DNA of 24,000 bases from an uncultured Nitrososphaerota archaeon (GTDB lineage: Archaea > Thermoproteota > Nitrososphaeria > Nitrososphaerales > Gagatemarchaeaceae), in NCBI GenBank assembly GCA_963718895.1, contig CAVRAG010000007.1, positions 435,988 to 459,987 on the forward strand. The letters run 5' to 3'. Within the stretch, counting starts at the first letter, position 1. Every line of letters begins with the position of its first letter. Positions 7,756 through 15,995 of the stretch are shown here, piece by piece. The position numbers were made by a program, and so were the translations under genes. The notes under the pieces are model-generated. The model saw nothing but the letters and a program-made list of their open reading frames with translations. It had not been told where the DNA came from and did no database searches.

Positions 7756-7762
7756 TTAATAT
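7756..7762 (+). promoter_or_regulatory. TATA-like box for deoxyhypusine synthase
   Basis: The sequence AAAAATTAATAT has its core centred about 25 nt upstream of GTG 7784 (leaderless geometry). Confidence 0.5.
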
Positions 7763-7783
7763 CGATGCGCGAGACGGTAGGTC

Positions 7784-8806
7784 GTGCAAGACCGGAAAAA
7801 GTACCTTACCGCGCCCGAGAAGTCCATCGAAGTTGGAAAGAAGAGCATATCGAGGCTCCTCGAGGAGATGGCCCAGACGGGATTCCAGGGAAAGCGGCTG
7901 GGCGAGGCGGCCAGGATCTGGGCCGAGATGACCCAACAGACGGGCTTGACCATCTTCATGGGTTACTCTGGCTCGATGAGCACCACGGGACAGTGGAAGC
8001 TCGTCAGGTGGTTGATCGAGAACCGGTACATCGACGTCCTGGTGAGCACGGGCGCCAACATCTCGGAGGACATCCTGGAGGCCATGGGCTACAAGTACTA
8101 CCAGGGGACATGGCTCGCCAACGACGAGGAGCTCCTGGAAGCCAAGATCGACAGGTTCTACGACATCTACGCAGACGAGTACGAGTACAGGGAGCTCGAG
8201 GGGCTCATCAGGAAGTTCGCAAGCACCCTTGACACCGGGCGGGCGTACTCGACCAGGGAGTTCCTGAACAGGTTCGGGGAGTACCAGTGGAAGAAGGGCA
8301 TCAAGAGCATCACGGCGACCGCCTGGAAGTACGGGGTGCCGATCTACTCGCCCGGTCTCATCGACAGCGGGTACGGGGTCGCGCTCAGCCTCCTCAAGAG
8401 AGAGGAAGGGAAGCTCGTTAGGCTGGACCAGACCCAGGACATGGAAGAGCTCGGCCAGATAGCGGACAGGAGCAAGAGGACCGCGGTGGTGTACATCGGA
8501 GGCGGCGTCCCGAAGGACACCATCCAGCTCGCATCGATCATAAAGTCGCTCTCGAAGGGCGGGGAGGAATCGACCCCCCACGACTATGCGATACAGATCA
8601 CCACCGACAGCCCACAGTGGGGAGGACTCTCGGGATGCACCCTCGAGGAGGCCATCAGCTGGGGCAAGATCGCGGCCGACTCCACAAGGAGCGTCGTCTA
8701 CTGCGACGCGACGATAGCGCTGCCTCTGATCGCCCATTCGATGAGCGAGAAGGTGGAGAAGAGGAAGGACATCCCTGACCTGGGCTGGGTCTTCAAGAAC
8801 AAGTAG
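7784..8806 (+). CDS. dys: Deoxyhypusine synthase
   Basis: 340 aa with a GTG start. The translation reads ...GFQGKRLGEAARIW...TIFMGYSGSMSTTGQ...IDVLVSTGANISEDI...VVYIGGGVPKDT...ITTDSPQWGGLSGCTLEEAISWGKI. Confidence 0.93.
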   Translation: MQDRKKYLTAPEKSIEVGKKSISRLLEEMAQTGFQGKRLGEAARIWAEMTQQTGLTIFMGYSGSMSTTGQWKLVRWLIENRYIDVLVSTGANISEDILEAMGYKYYQGTWLANDEELLEAKIDRFYDIYADEYEYRELEGLIRKFASTLDTGRAYSTREFLNRFGEYQWKKGIKSITATAWKYGVPIYSPGLIDSGYGVALSLLKREEGKLVRLDQTQDMEELGQIADRSKRTAVVYIGGGVPKDTIQLASIIKSLSKGGEESTPHDYAIQITTDSPQWGGLSGCTLEEAISWGKIAADSTRSVVYCDATIALPLIAHSMSEKVEKRKDIPDLGWVFKNK

Positions 8807-8850
8807 CTCCCGGACCTCGGTCGGGGCGTTGCCCCTCGCTCGGAAAAAGG

Positions 8851-8857
8851 ATTAATT
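8851..8857 (+). promoter_or_regulatory. TATA-like box for the PAC2-hsp20 unit
   Basis: The sequence AAAAAGGATTAATT has its core about 23 nt upstream of GTG 8877 and about 32 nt upstream of ATG 8886. Confidence 0.45.
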
Positions 8858-8876
8858 CGTCCCCCGCCCATGGGGC

Positions 8877-9635
8877 GTGAAGACCATGTCGGAGACTTCG
8901 CTACGCGTCGAGATAAAGGACACGGGCCCTCGGGTCTCCAAGCCCAACATTCTCGTTGGGGTTCCCGAGTCCGGGCTCGTTGGCACGATTGCCTGCTCAT
9001 ACCTCATCGAGCAGCTGAAGATGGCGGAGCGCGGGTTCATCGACTCCGACCTCCTCCCACAGGTCATGATAGTTCACGACTCGGCGGTGGCCTACCCCAT
9101 GCACATCTTCGGGAAGGAAAACCTGCTGGTCGTCCTCTCCGAGGTCCCGCTGCCTCCCTTCGCCTCCCTCGAGGTCGCCAAGGCCCTGGCGTCCTGGGCG
9201 AAGTCCCTGAAGGCCAACCTGGTCATCGGAGTCAACGGGGCGCCCTCCAAGGCGCGGGACGAGTCTCAGGGAGAGGGCAAACCGACCGTGGTCGGGGTGG
9301 GGAACACCGAGGCTGCACTCGCACTCCTAAAGTCGAGCGGCGCCTCGGCCTTCGAGGACGGGATCGTCTCTGGGTTCTATGCGAGCCTCCTCAAGTACTG
9401 CAACGCGGAGGGGCAGAGCGGCATCACCCTCCTCGCAGAGTCGCTATCCCAGTTCCCGGACCCGGCGGCCGCGGCCTCCATCATCGAGGTGCTGGCCAAG
9501 CTCCTCTCCCTCAGTGTCGATACCAAATCACTTATGCAGGAGTCCGAGGAGATCAGGCTGAGGAGCAGGGAGCTGATGCGGGAGACCCAGCAGGCGTCGC
9601 AGCCCGGCGGACAGCCGCCGAGCGCGTACAGATAG
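8877..9635 (+). CDS. PAC2-family proteasome assembly chaperone (PbaA/PbaB-like)
   Basis: 252 aa. The PAC2 N-terminal pattern is PNILVGVPESGLVGTIACSYLIEQL. The C-terminus ...PPSAYR is an HbYX-like (Ala-Tyr-Arg) tail. The start is either GTG 8877 or ATG 8886. Confidence 0.8.
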   Translation: MKTMSETSLRVEIKDTGPRVSKPNILVGVPESGLVGTIACSYLIEQLKMAERGFIDSDLLPQVMIVHDSAVAYPMHIFGKENLLVVLSEVPLPPFASLEVAKALASWAKSLKANLVIGVNGAPSKARDESQGEGKPTVVGVGNTEAALALLKSSGASAFEDGIVSGFYASLLKYCNAEGQSGITLLAESLSQFPDPAAAASIIEVLAKLLSLSVDTKSLMQESEEIRLRSRELMRETQQASQPGGQPPSAYR

Positions 9636-9640
9636 GTGAT
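9634..9640 (+). promoter_or_regulatory. Shine-Dalgarno-like site for hsp20
   Basis: AGGTGAT is complementary to the conserved archaeal 16S 3' end. It lies 5 nt before ATG 9646 and overlaps the PAC2 stop. Confidence 0.5.
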
Positions 9641-9645
9641 GAGGG

Positions 9646-10098
9646 ATGGAAAGAGACGACGAGCAACCCGAGTCCTTCGGAAGCGGGATCGAGAGCCTCT
9701 TCTCGGAGACGTTCGGGATGATCGAGGGGTCGCTCTTCGACCTGGAGACCAAGAGCCTGAGGCCGCTCTTCAACCTTGATATCACCGACGACGTGGTCAC
9801 GGCGACCTTCGACCTCCCGGGGGCGAAGAGGGACGACATATCGGTCACCTGCACCGAGGACACGATCAGCGTCGACGCGGAGATGACGCGGCCGGTGAAG
9901 CTGAGGGTCTCGACGGGCCAGGTCGAACGAAGGGAGTTCGCGAGGTACTCGAAGAGGATCGTCCTGCCGGTCAGGGTCGACCCCGACAAAGGGACCGCCA
10001 AGTTCAGGAACGGGATAGTCGTGGTGAAGCTTCCGAGGCACCACGAAGGCAAGTCCGTCCAGATAGACGCAGGCTCCAGGGCAAAGAGACTGCGGTAG
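9646..10098 (+). CDS. hsp20: Small heat-shock protein, Hsp20/alpha-crystallin family
   Basis: 150 aa. The alpha-crystallin core is ...DITDDVVTATFDLPGAKRDDISVTCTEDTISVDAE...FARYSKRIVLPVRVDPDKGTAKFRNGIVVVKLPR. It is preceded by the SD-like AGGTGAT. Confidence 0.9.
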   Translation: MERDDEQPESFGSGIESLFSETFGMIEGSLFDLETKSLRPLFNLDITDDVVTATFDLPGAKRDDISVTCTEDTISVDAEMTRPVKLRVSTGQVERREFARYSKRIVLPVRVDPDKGTAKFRNGIVVVKLPRHHEGKSVQIDAGSRAKRLR

Positions 10099-10221
10099 GG
10101 TGCCACGGGAACTCCACGCCCGGAGGACGCGCCCCATGCACGAGAGCAAGTGACTGCTGTCACGTGAGGCAGTGCTCGGTCGCGGGTCGGCTGACGGCGA
10201 CGATCGGAAATCTGCCGCGGG

Positions 10222-10228
10222 TTAAATA
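10222..10228 (+). promoter_or_regulatory. TATA-like box for the 2-hydroxyacid dehydrogenase
   Basis: TTAAATA is centred about 36 nt upstream of GTG 10261. Confidence 0.4.
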
Positions 10229-10260
10229 GTGGAACCGCGAAAGCCCGCGAGAATTTCAAG

Positions 10261-11250
10261 GTGACTTACCGGGTATACGTCACGAGCAACGAGGTCCCAG
10301 AGGAGGCTCTGGAGATCATCAGGAAGGTCGCAGAGGTCAAGGTCAACGACATGTATGGGACGCCGCCGAGGGACGTCCTCCTGAGGGAGGTCGCGGACGT
10401 TGACGGGCTCTACTGCAACATAACCGAGAAGATAGACTCGGAGGTCCTGAGCGCAGGGAGGCGGCTCAAGGTCGTGGCGAGCATGTCGGTAGGGTTCGAC
10501 CACATCGACCTCGATGCTGCCACGAAGAGGGGGATAATGGCGACGCACACCCCCGGGGTTCTCACCGAGGCCGTGGCCGACGAGACCTTCGGACTCATGC
10601 TGGCACTTGCGAGGAGGCTGGTCGAGGCGGACAGCTACGTCCGCGACGGGTCGTGGAAGCTCAAGTGGAGCCCGATGCTGCTCGTCGGCCGCGACGTCTA
10701 TGCAAAGACCCTCGGGATATACGGGCTTGGGAGGATAGGGATAGCCGTTGCCAGGCGCGCCAAGGGGTTCGGGATGAAGGTGATCTACTACGACGCCATA
10801 AGGAACGAAGAGGCCGAGAGGATGCACGGGATTCAGTTCAAGACGAAGGACGAGGTCGTCGCCCAGAGCGACTACCTCTCGGTCCACGTCCCGTACACCC
10901 CGGAGACCAAGAACAGCATCGGCGCGAAGGAGTTCAAGACGATGAAGCACACCGCCTACGTCATCAACACGGCGAGGGGCGGGGTTGTCGACGAGAAGGC
11001 CCTCATCGAGGCTCTGAGAGAGGGGACGATCGCGGGGGCCGCGCTCGACGTCTTTGAGAAGGAGCCCGTCGAGGCCGACAATCCCCTCCTGAGGATGAAG
11101 AACGTCGTGCTGGCGCCGCACCTGGCGAGCGGCTCGATCGAGAGCAGGACCGCCATGGCGGTGCTGGCGGCCAACAACCTGGTGGCAGGTCTGACCGGCC
11201 AGACCCCGCCCAACCTCGTCAACAAGCAGGTCCTTCAGCGGAGGGGTTGA
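10261..11250 (+). CDS. D-isomer-specific 2-hydroxyacid dehydrogenase (glyoxylate/hydroxypyruvate reductase-like)
   Basis: 329 aa with a GTG start. The NAD fold is LGIYGLGRIGIAVARRAKGFGMKVIYYD. The catalytic region is ...INTARGGVVDEKALIEAL..GTIAGAALDVFEKEP...VVLAPHLAS. Confidence 0.9.
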   Translation: MTYRVYVTSNEVPEEALEIIRKVAEVKVNDMYGTPPRDVLLREVADVDGLYCNITEKIDSEVLSAGRRLKVVASMSVGFDHIDLDAATKRGIMATHTPGVLTEAVADETFGLMLALARRLVEADSYVRDGSWKLKWSPMLLVGRDVYAKTLGIYGLGRIGIAVARRAKGFGMKVIYYDAIRNEEAERMHGIQFKTKDEVVAQSDYLSVHVPYTPETKNSIGAKEFKTMKHTAYVINTARGGVVDEKALIEALREGTIAGAALDVFEKEPVEADNPLLRMKNVVLAPHLASGSIESRTAMAVLAANNLVAGLTGQTPPNLVNKQVLQRRG

Positions 11251-11256
11251 CCACAG

Positions 11257-11694
11257 ATGCACTATGAAGGTTCGTTCGACGTCAAGGCAGCCAGGGACAA
11301 GGTCTACGACTTCGTCACGGACCCCGAGAAGGTCACCTCCATCTTCCCCGACGTCCAGAGCCTGAAGATCGTTGACGCGAACAACTTCTCGCTAAAGGCC
11401 AAGGTCGGGATCTCCTTCATCAAGGGTACGATGGACGTGAAGCTCTCGCTCGTTGACAATAGGAGGCCGACCTACTCGAAGCTGAAGGCGAGGGGGACGG
11501 GCCTTAACAGCTCGGTCGACCTCGAGAGCAGCTTCACGCTAGAGGACGCGCCCGCCGGGGGGACTCACGTCAAGTGGGCCGCGGACGCGAAGATCAGCGG
11601 GATGATGGCGAGCGTCGGCTCGAGGCTCATAGACTCCGCTGCCAACAAGTACGTGAAGGAGATCATCGGGTCCCTTGAGAAGAAGCTCTCCTAG
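11257..11694 (+). CDS. SRPBCC-fold protein, CoxG-like (carbon monoxide dehydrogenase subunit G family)
   Basis: 145 aa. The translation reads MHYEGSFDVKAARDKVYDFVTDPEKVTSIFPDVQSL...KISGMMASVGSRLIDSAANKYVKEII, the typical CoxG layout. Confidence 0.8.
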   Translation: MHYEGSFDVKAARDKVYDFVTDPEKVTSIFPDVQSLKIVDANNFSLKAKVGISFIKGTMDVKLSLVDNRRPTYSKLKARGTGLNSSVDLESSFTLEDAPAGGTHVKWAADAKISGMMASVGSRLIDSAANKYVKEIIGSLEKKLS

Positions 11695-14057
11695 GTCTTC
11701 TTCGAGGCGGCGATCAGGGACAGTATGTAGTCAGGCCTGACCGGCATCCTCTCCACCACGACGCCGTACTCGGAGAGCGCGTCCTCGACCGCGTTGATGA
11801 CTGCCGGGGTCGCGGCTATCGAGCCTGCCTCCCCGATGCCCTTGACGCCCAGGGGGTTCGCGTAGGTCGGGGTCTCCGTCCTCGCCCAGACCATCGTGGG
11901 CATCGTGTCCGAGGAGGGTATCTGGTAGTCGGCTAGGGTCGAGGTAAGTAGCTGGCCGTTCTCGTCGTACACTATCTCCTCGAGCAGCGCCTGGCCTGCG
12001 CCCTGCACGACGCCACCCTGGAACTGCCCCTCGACGAGCATCGGGTTGATCAGCTTGCCGCAGTCGTCGACCCCGAAGTACTTGTTGAGCTTCACAACGC
12101 CGGTCTCCCTGTCGACCTCGACGACTGCTATGTGAGTCCCGAACGGGAACGTGTAGTTGGGGGGAGCGTAGGCCGTGTAGGCGAAGAGCGTCGACTCCAT
12201 CCCCTCGGGGAGGGCCTCCGGGTCGTAGGCCAGCTTTGCGACCTCCTCGAACTTGAGCGACTTGCTGGGGTTGTTCTCGGCGTAGATCTTTCCGTCCTGG
12301 AAGACCATCTTCCGTGCGTCCGAGAGCTGCATGTTGTGGGCCGCTATCCGCCCCATCTTTTCCTTGAGCTTCCGAGCGGAGAGGAGGACGGCCGTCCCGG
12401 TGAGGGCGCCCGACCGGCTCCCCGCGGTCATGGAGGACCACGGAAGCATGTCGGTGTCGCCGTGCTGGACGGTGAAGCTCTCGACGGGGACACCCAGCTC
12501 GTCTGCCGCGACCTGGATCATTGTGATGGCGTGGCCCTGGCCGTGGGGGTGTCCCCCAATCGTTATCACTATCCGGCCGTCCTTGTGGATCGTGACGGCC
12601 GCGGTCTGGGCCATCCCGGGCCCGAAGCCGCATATCTCGGTCCAGGTCACGATCCCGATCCCGAAGAGTCGTCCGGCCTGCCTTGCCTCCCTCTGCTCCT
12701 GAAGCAGCCCCTTGTAGTCGGAGACCTCGAGAGCCTTGGTCATGTTCGTCTCATAGTCGGCGCTGTCGTAGGTGTACCCTCCGGGCGTCTTGAAGGGGAA
12801 CTTGTCCTTGCTGATGTAGTTGACCCTGCGGACCTTGACCGGATCAAGCTTGAGCTGGGCCGCCAGGACGTTCATGGTGCGCTCAAGCAGATAGGCGGCC
12901 TCGGGGCGGCCGGCACCCCTGTAGGCCCCGTGCGGGACCTTGTTGGTGAAGACGGAGAAGACGTCTGCCTCGTAGGCTGGGATGTCGTAGACTCCCGTCC
13001 CCATCTTCGCGGTCAGCTCCGGAAGCCCGGTCGTGGCGCCGTCGGAGTACGCGCCCCCGTCCGAGAGAATCTTGATCTTGTACCCAAGTATCTTGCCATC
13101 CTTGCGGACGGCGACCTCGGCCCACTGGTTCTGGCCCCGTCCGTGGGTCATCGTGAGCATGTGCTCGCGCCTGCTCTCCTCCCACTTTATCGGGCGCTTG
13201 AAGAACCTCGCCGCGTAGCAGACGACGACGTCCTCCTGGTAGGCTGCCGACTTGCCCCCGAACCCTCCCCCGACGTCGGGAGCGATGACGCGCACGCTCG
13301 AGGCGTGGACCCTCAGCAGGTCGGCCAGCGTGTCCCTCATGTTGTGGGGGTCCTGGGTCGAGAGCCAGACGGTCAGCATGTCGTTCCCCGAGTCATAGCT
13401 GGCCGCGAGCCCCCTCGGCTCCATCGAGACGGGGTGGACTCGCTGGCTGATGAGCTTGACCTTGACGACCTTGTCCGCGTTCCGGAAGGCCTCCTTTATG
13501 TCGCCGTGCCTGTGGACGAGACGGTAGCCGATGTTGTCCGGGATCTCTTCGTGGACCTTCGGGGAGCCCGGTCTGATTGCGGCCTCCACGTCGACGACCG
13601 CCTCGAGGGGCTCATAGTCGACCTCCACGAGCTCCGCCGCGTCCTCCGCCTGGTAGGCGCTCTCGGCGAAGACGACCGCGACCGCCTCACCCGCGAAGTT
13701 GACCTCACCGACGGCGAGCATCTTCCTCGTCGTCGCCTTCTTCACGCCCTCCGTCGTCGTGGCCCCCTCTGACCCGGCCCTGTCCACCGTGGGCATGGGG
13801 TCGACCTTGCCCTCGAGGTCCTTTCCCGTGAGGGCCCCGAAGACCCCGGGGGATGAGAGCGCGGGCTCGACGTTCACGCTGAGGACCTTGGCGTGCGCGT
13901 GCGGGCTCCTCACGAATACCGCGTAGAGCATGTTTGGAAACTTGAGGTCGTCAAGGTAGCCCCCGGCGCCCGTCATGAACTTCGGGTCCTCGGTCCGCCT
14001 TAGCGATTGTCCGACCAGGCGCTTCCCCTTCTGGACTGTCTGCTGTGCTAGAGCCAT
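11691..14057 (-). CDS. Molybdopterin-binding large subunit of the xanthine dehydrogenase/aerobic CODH family (form-II CoxL-like)
   Basis: 788 aa. The N-terminus reads ...VGQSLRRTEDPKFMTGAGGYLDDL... The active-site loop is PHGAYRGAGRPEAAY, the AYRGAGR form-II type and not the VAYRCSFR of true CO dehydrogenase. Confidence 0.9.
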   Translation of the reverse strand: MALAQQTVQKGKRLVGQSLRRTEDPKFMTGAGGYLDDLKFPNMLYAVFVRSPHAHAKVLSVNVEPALSSPGVFGALTGKDLEGKVDPMPTVDRAGSEGATTTEGVKKATTRKMLAVGEVNFAGEAVAVVFAESAYQAEDAAELVEVDYEPLEAVVDVEAAIRPGSPKVHEEIPDNIGYRLVHRHGDIKEAFRNADKVVKVKLISQRVHPVSMEPRGLAASYDSGNDMLTVWLSTQDPHNMRDTLADLLRVHASSVRVIAPDVGGGFGGKSAAYQEDVVVCYAARFFKRPIKWEESRREHMLTMTHGRGQNQWAEVAVRKDGKILGYKIKILSDGGAYSDGATTGLPELTAKMGTGVYDIPAYEADVFSVFTNKVPHGAYRGAGRPEAAYLLERTMNVLAAQLKLDPVKVRRVNYISKDKFPFKTPGGYTYDSADYETNMTKALEVSDYKGLLQEQREARQAGRLFGIGIVTWTEICGFGPGMAQTAAVTIHKDGRIVITIGGHPHGQGHAITMIQVAADELGVPVESFTVQHGDTDMLPWSSMTAGSRSGALTGTAVLLSARKLKEKMGRIAAHNMQLSDARKMVFQDGKIYAENNPSKSLKFEEVAKLAYDPEALPEGMESTLFAYTAYAPPNYTFPFGTHIAVVEVDRETGVVKLNKYFGVDDCGKLINPMLVEGQFQGGVVQGAGQALLEEIVYDENGQLLTSTLADYQIPSSDTMPTMVWARTETPTYANPLGVKGIGEAGSIAATPAVINAVEDALSEYGVVVERMPVRPDYILSLIAASKKT

Positions 14058-14097
14058 CGGGCACCGGTTCGAGACGACCTACGTTATCAAAGTTTTG

Positions 14098-15327
14098 TTA
14101 TGAACTTCTCTGCATCGTCGCCGACCGCTCCTCGCCGGTGGAGACGAGAGTAACCTTCACCTTCAGCTCGTCCTCGAGGAATTCGACCAGCTGCTCGGCG
14201 GCCTGCGGCAGGTGGTTCTCCCTCAGCTCCAGGCCGAAGAACGAGGGCATGGTTTGGTACACGGGCTTCGCCTCGGCGAGCCTTGGGAGGGCCCTAGAGA
14301 AGTCGCTCGACTCCTCGCCGTCGAGCGAGTAGGCCACACAGACCTTCATCTCCTTGACCTTGGTGAGTATGTCTACCTTCATGAGCGCGAGCTCGGAGAC
14401 CCCGTTCAGTCTCACCGCGTACTTCAGCCCCACCAGGTCCAGCCAACCGACCCGTCGCGGCCTCCCCGTCGTCGCGCCGTACTCCTTCCCCTCTTTCCTG
14501 ATCTTCTCGCCGCTCTCACCCGGTATCTCCGTGGGGAACGGTCCGCCCCCGACCCGGGTCGTGTAGGCCTTGGCCACCCCCATCACGTCCCCGAGGGCAC
14601 TGTTCGGTATCCCGAGCCCCGCGGGCACGTAGCTGGCGAGGGTGTGGGCCCCGGTCACATAGGGATAGGTTCCGAAGATTAGGTCGAGGAGCGTCCCCTG
14701 CGCGCCTTCGAACATCACCGAGTGCCCGGCATCGTTGAGCGCCATCACCTCTCCCCCTACGTCTCCCATCTTCCCGGCGAGGACCTTCCTGGACTTCTCG
14801 GTCCATGGGCCTAGGTCGGGGATCTCCTTCAGGAACGACCTGTAGAAGTCTACGGCCGAGCTCAGGTCGAACTCTCCGTTCACGAGGTCGCCTGCGCGGG
14901 GCGTCAGGCGGAGCGCTCGCATGGCGTACGATGGACCGATGCCTCGCCTGGTCGTCCCTATCGCCTTGCCCCCCCTAAGTCCCTCGATGAAAGAGTCCAT
15001 CTCCTTCTCGAGCGGGGTGACCAGCGTGCAGCGCTCGTCGACCATGAGGTCCGCCTGGCCGCCCTCTCTCGCCAGCATGCTCAACTCCTCGTCCAGGGTG
15101 AGTGGGTCGAGCGCGACTCCCGGCCCGATAAGCAGCCTCTTCTTCTTGAGCGAGCCGGACGGGAGAAGATGGAAGACGAAGGACCTCCCGTTGATGACGA
15201 TTGTATGACCGGCGTTGCTCCCGCCATTGTACCTTATGACCGCCCTGAACCTATCAGCGTAGTAGTCGACAATCTTCCCTTTGCCTTCGTCGCCCCATTG
15301 AAGGCCTACGATGCAGAGATTGCGCAC
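14098..15327 (-). CDS. purA: Adenylosuccinate synthetase
   Basis: 409 aa with a GTG start. The P-loop GLQWGDEGKGKIVD sits at the N-terminus, followed by ...GGSNAGHT..., ...GTTRRGIGP... and ...YGATTGRPRRVGWLD. Confidence 0.97.
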   Translation of the reverse strand: MRNLCIVGLQWGDEGKGKIVDYYADRFRAVIRYNGGSNAGHTIVINGRSFVFHLLPSGSLKKKRLLIGPGVALDPLTLDEELSMLAREGGQADLMVDERCTLVTPLEKEMDSFIEGLRGGKAIGTTRRGIGPSYAMRALRLTPRAGDLVNGEFDLSSAVDFYRSFLKEIPDLGPWTEKSRKVLAGKMGDVGGEVMALNDAGHSVMFEGAQGTLLDLIFGTYPYVTGAHTLASYVPAGLGIPNSALGDVMGVAKAYTTRVGGGPFPTEIPGESGEKIRKEGKEYGATTGRPRRVGWLDLVGLKYAVRLNGVSELALMKVDILTKVKEMKVCVAYSLDGEESSDFSRALPRLAEAKPVYQTMPSFFGLELRENHLPQAAEQLVEFLEDELKVKVTLVSTGEERSATMQRSS

Positions 15328-15787
15328 ATGCCACGAGTTGGCTCCGAGAGGATTTAACTGTATGCGGCACGGGGAAGACAGGCTCGACTAGTCGGAGGGA
15401 CGGACGCCGCGTCTGCGCATTCCTAGAGCCCCAGCTTGCCTTCGCGGTCGGGCGGATCCTCACGTAGGAGTGGCCGTCCTCGCACAGGACCTCGGCGGTG
15501 CCTCTGACCTCGACCCCGCGGGCTCTCCACGGGCTCGTCGAGACCACGTCGTCGATCACGACCGCCACCTTCTCGTTCTGGAGGAGCTGGCGGAACTTGA
15601 GGCTCTTCGCCAGGCGCCTTCCGCTGAAGTAGATGTAACGTCCGTCGAACTCGAAGAGGACGGGGACGACGTGAGGCTGGCCGTCTCTGGAGGCGGTGGC
15701 TATCCTGGCCAGGCCTCCGTGACAGAGGAAGACCGCCTCCTTCTCGGTGAAGACGCAGGGTCCCGGTTGGAGCTCCATCAGATGCAC
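15254..15787 (-). CDS. Pyridoxamine 5'-phosphate oxidase family (FMN-binding split-barrel) protein; the 3' end is probably an artefactual or read-through extension
   Basis: The core is ...ARIATASRDGQPHVVPVLFEFDGRYIYFSG...KVAVVIDD...RGVEVRGTAEVL...YVRIRPTAKASWG. The last roughly 55 aa are Arg-rich, cover the purA TATA and overlap purA by 74 nt. The true stop is likely at about 15423 (see findings). The start is GTG 15787 or ATG 15778. Confidence 0.7.
   Translation of the reverse strand: MHLMELQPGPCVFTEKEAVFLCHGGLARIATASRDGQPHVVPVLFEFDGRYIYFSGRRLAKSLKFRQLLQNEKVAVVIDDVVSTSPWRARGVEVRGTAEVLCEDGHSYVRIRPTAKASWGSRNAQTRRPSLRLVEPVFPVPHTVKSSRSQLVACAQSLHRRPSMGRRRQREDCRLLR
15352..15358 (-). promoter_or_regulatory. 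TATA-like box for purA
   Basis: The minus strand reads GTTAAAT, centred about 28 nt upstream of GTG 15327. It lies inside the suspicious 3' extension of the PNPOx-family ORF. Confidence 0.45.
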
Positions 15788-15801
15788 GGTGGGGACCCCG
15801 G

Positions 15802-15808
15802 TAATATA
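15802..15808 (-). promoter_or_regulatory. TATA-like box for the PNPOx-family gene
   Basis: The minus strand reads TATATTA, centred 27 nt upstream of ATG 15778. This favours Met4 as a leaderless start. Confidence 0.45.
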
Positions 15809-15838
15809 GTAGGTAGTTATCCCCTACTAAGTAGGTAG
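15807..15838. promoter_or_regulatory. Operator-like cluster of AGTAGG half-sites
   Basis: AGTAGGTAG occurs at 15808..15816 and 15830..15838, a 22-nt spacing. TAGTAGG (15807..15813) and CCTACTA (15823..15829) form an inverted repeat. CCTACT-A-AGTAGG (15823..15835) is a perfect 13-nt palindrome. The cluster overlaps the TATA box. Confidence 0.5.
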
Positions 15839-15964
15839 ACAGGAGCTTAGCTGGTCAAGTCCGGGTTACCCCCGCGCTCCCCTCGCGGGTCCCACCTCGG
15901 CGAGGACGCTGTCAGGCGGATGGAGGAGATCCGTGGTCCTCGTGGGAGACGGACGTGCAATAGA

Positions 15965-15974
15965 CTTAATTTTT
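15965..15974 (+). promoter_or_regulatory. TATA-like box for the disulfide oxidoreductase
   Basis: CTTAATTTTT is centred about 26 nt upstream of ATG 15996. This supports 15996 rather than 15933 as the start. Confidence 0.45.
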
Positions 15975-15995
15975 CCGACAGTCCCCGGGAGTTCG

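Noticed and set aside
10150-10175. GTGAC-TGCT-GTCAC and an imperfect palindrome around CACGTG, downstream of hsp20.
   Set aside because: The arms are only 5 bp and the extension is imperfect. This is expected by chance in a 160-nt GC-rich spacer. There is no T-tract for a terminator.
15871-15889. The GC hairpin CCCGCG-N7-CGCGGG in the divergent redox promoter region.
   Set aside because: A 6-bp all-GC stem is unremarkable at this GC content, and there is no positional relation to a start or stop.
15933-15995. The upstream GTG start (15933) for the disulfide oxidoreductase.
   Set aside because: The FAD-binding fold begins right at MKEYDVIVIGTGS (ATG 15996). A TATA-like box sits about 26 nt upstream of 15996, inside the putative extension.
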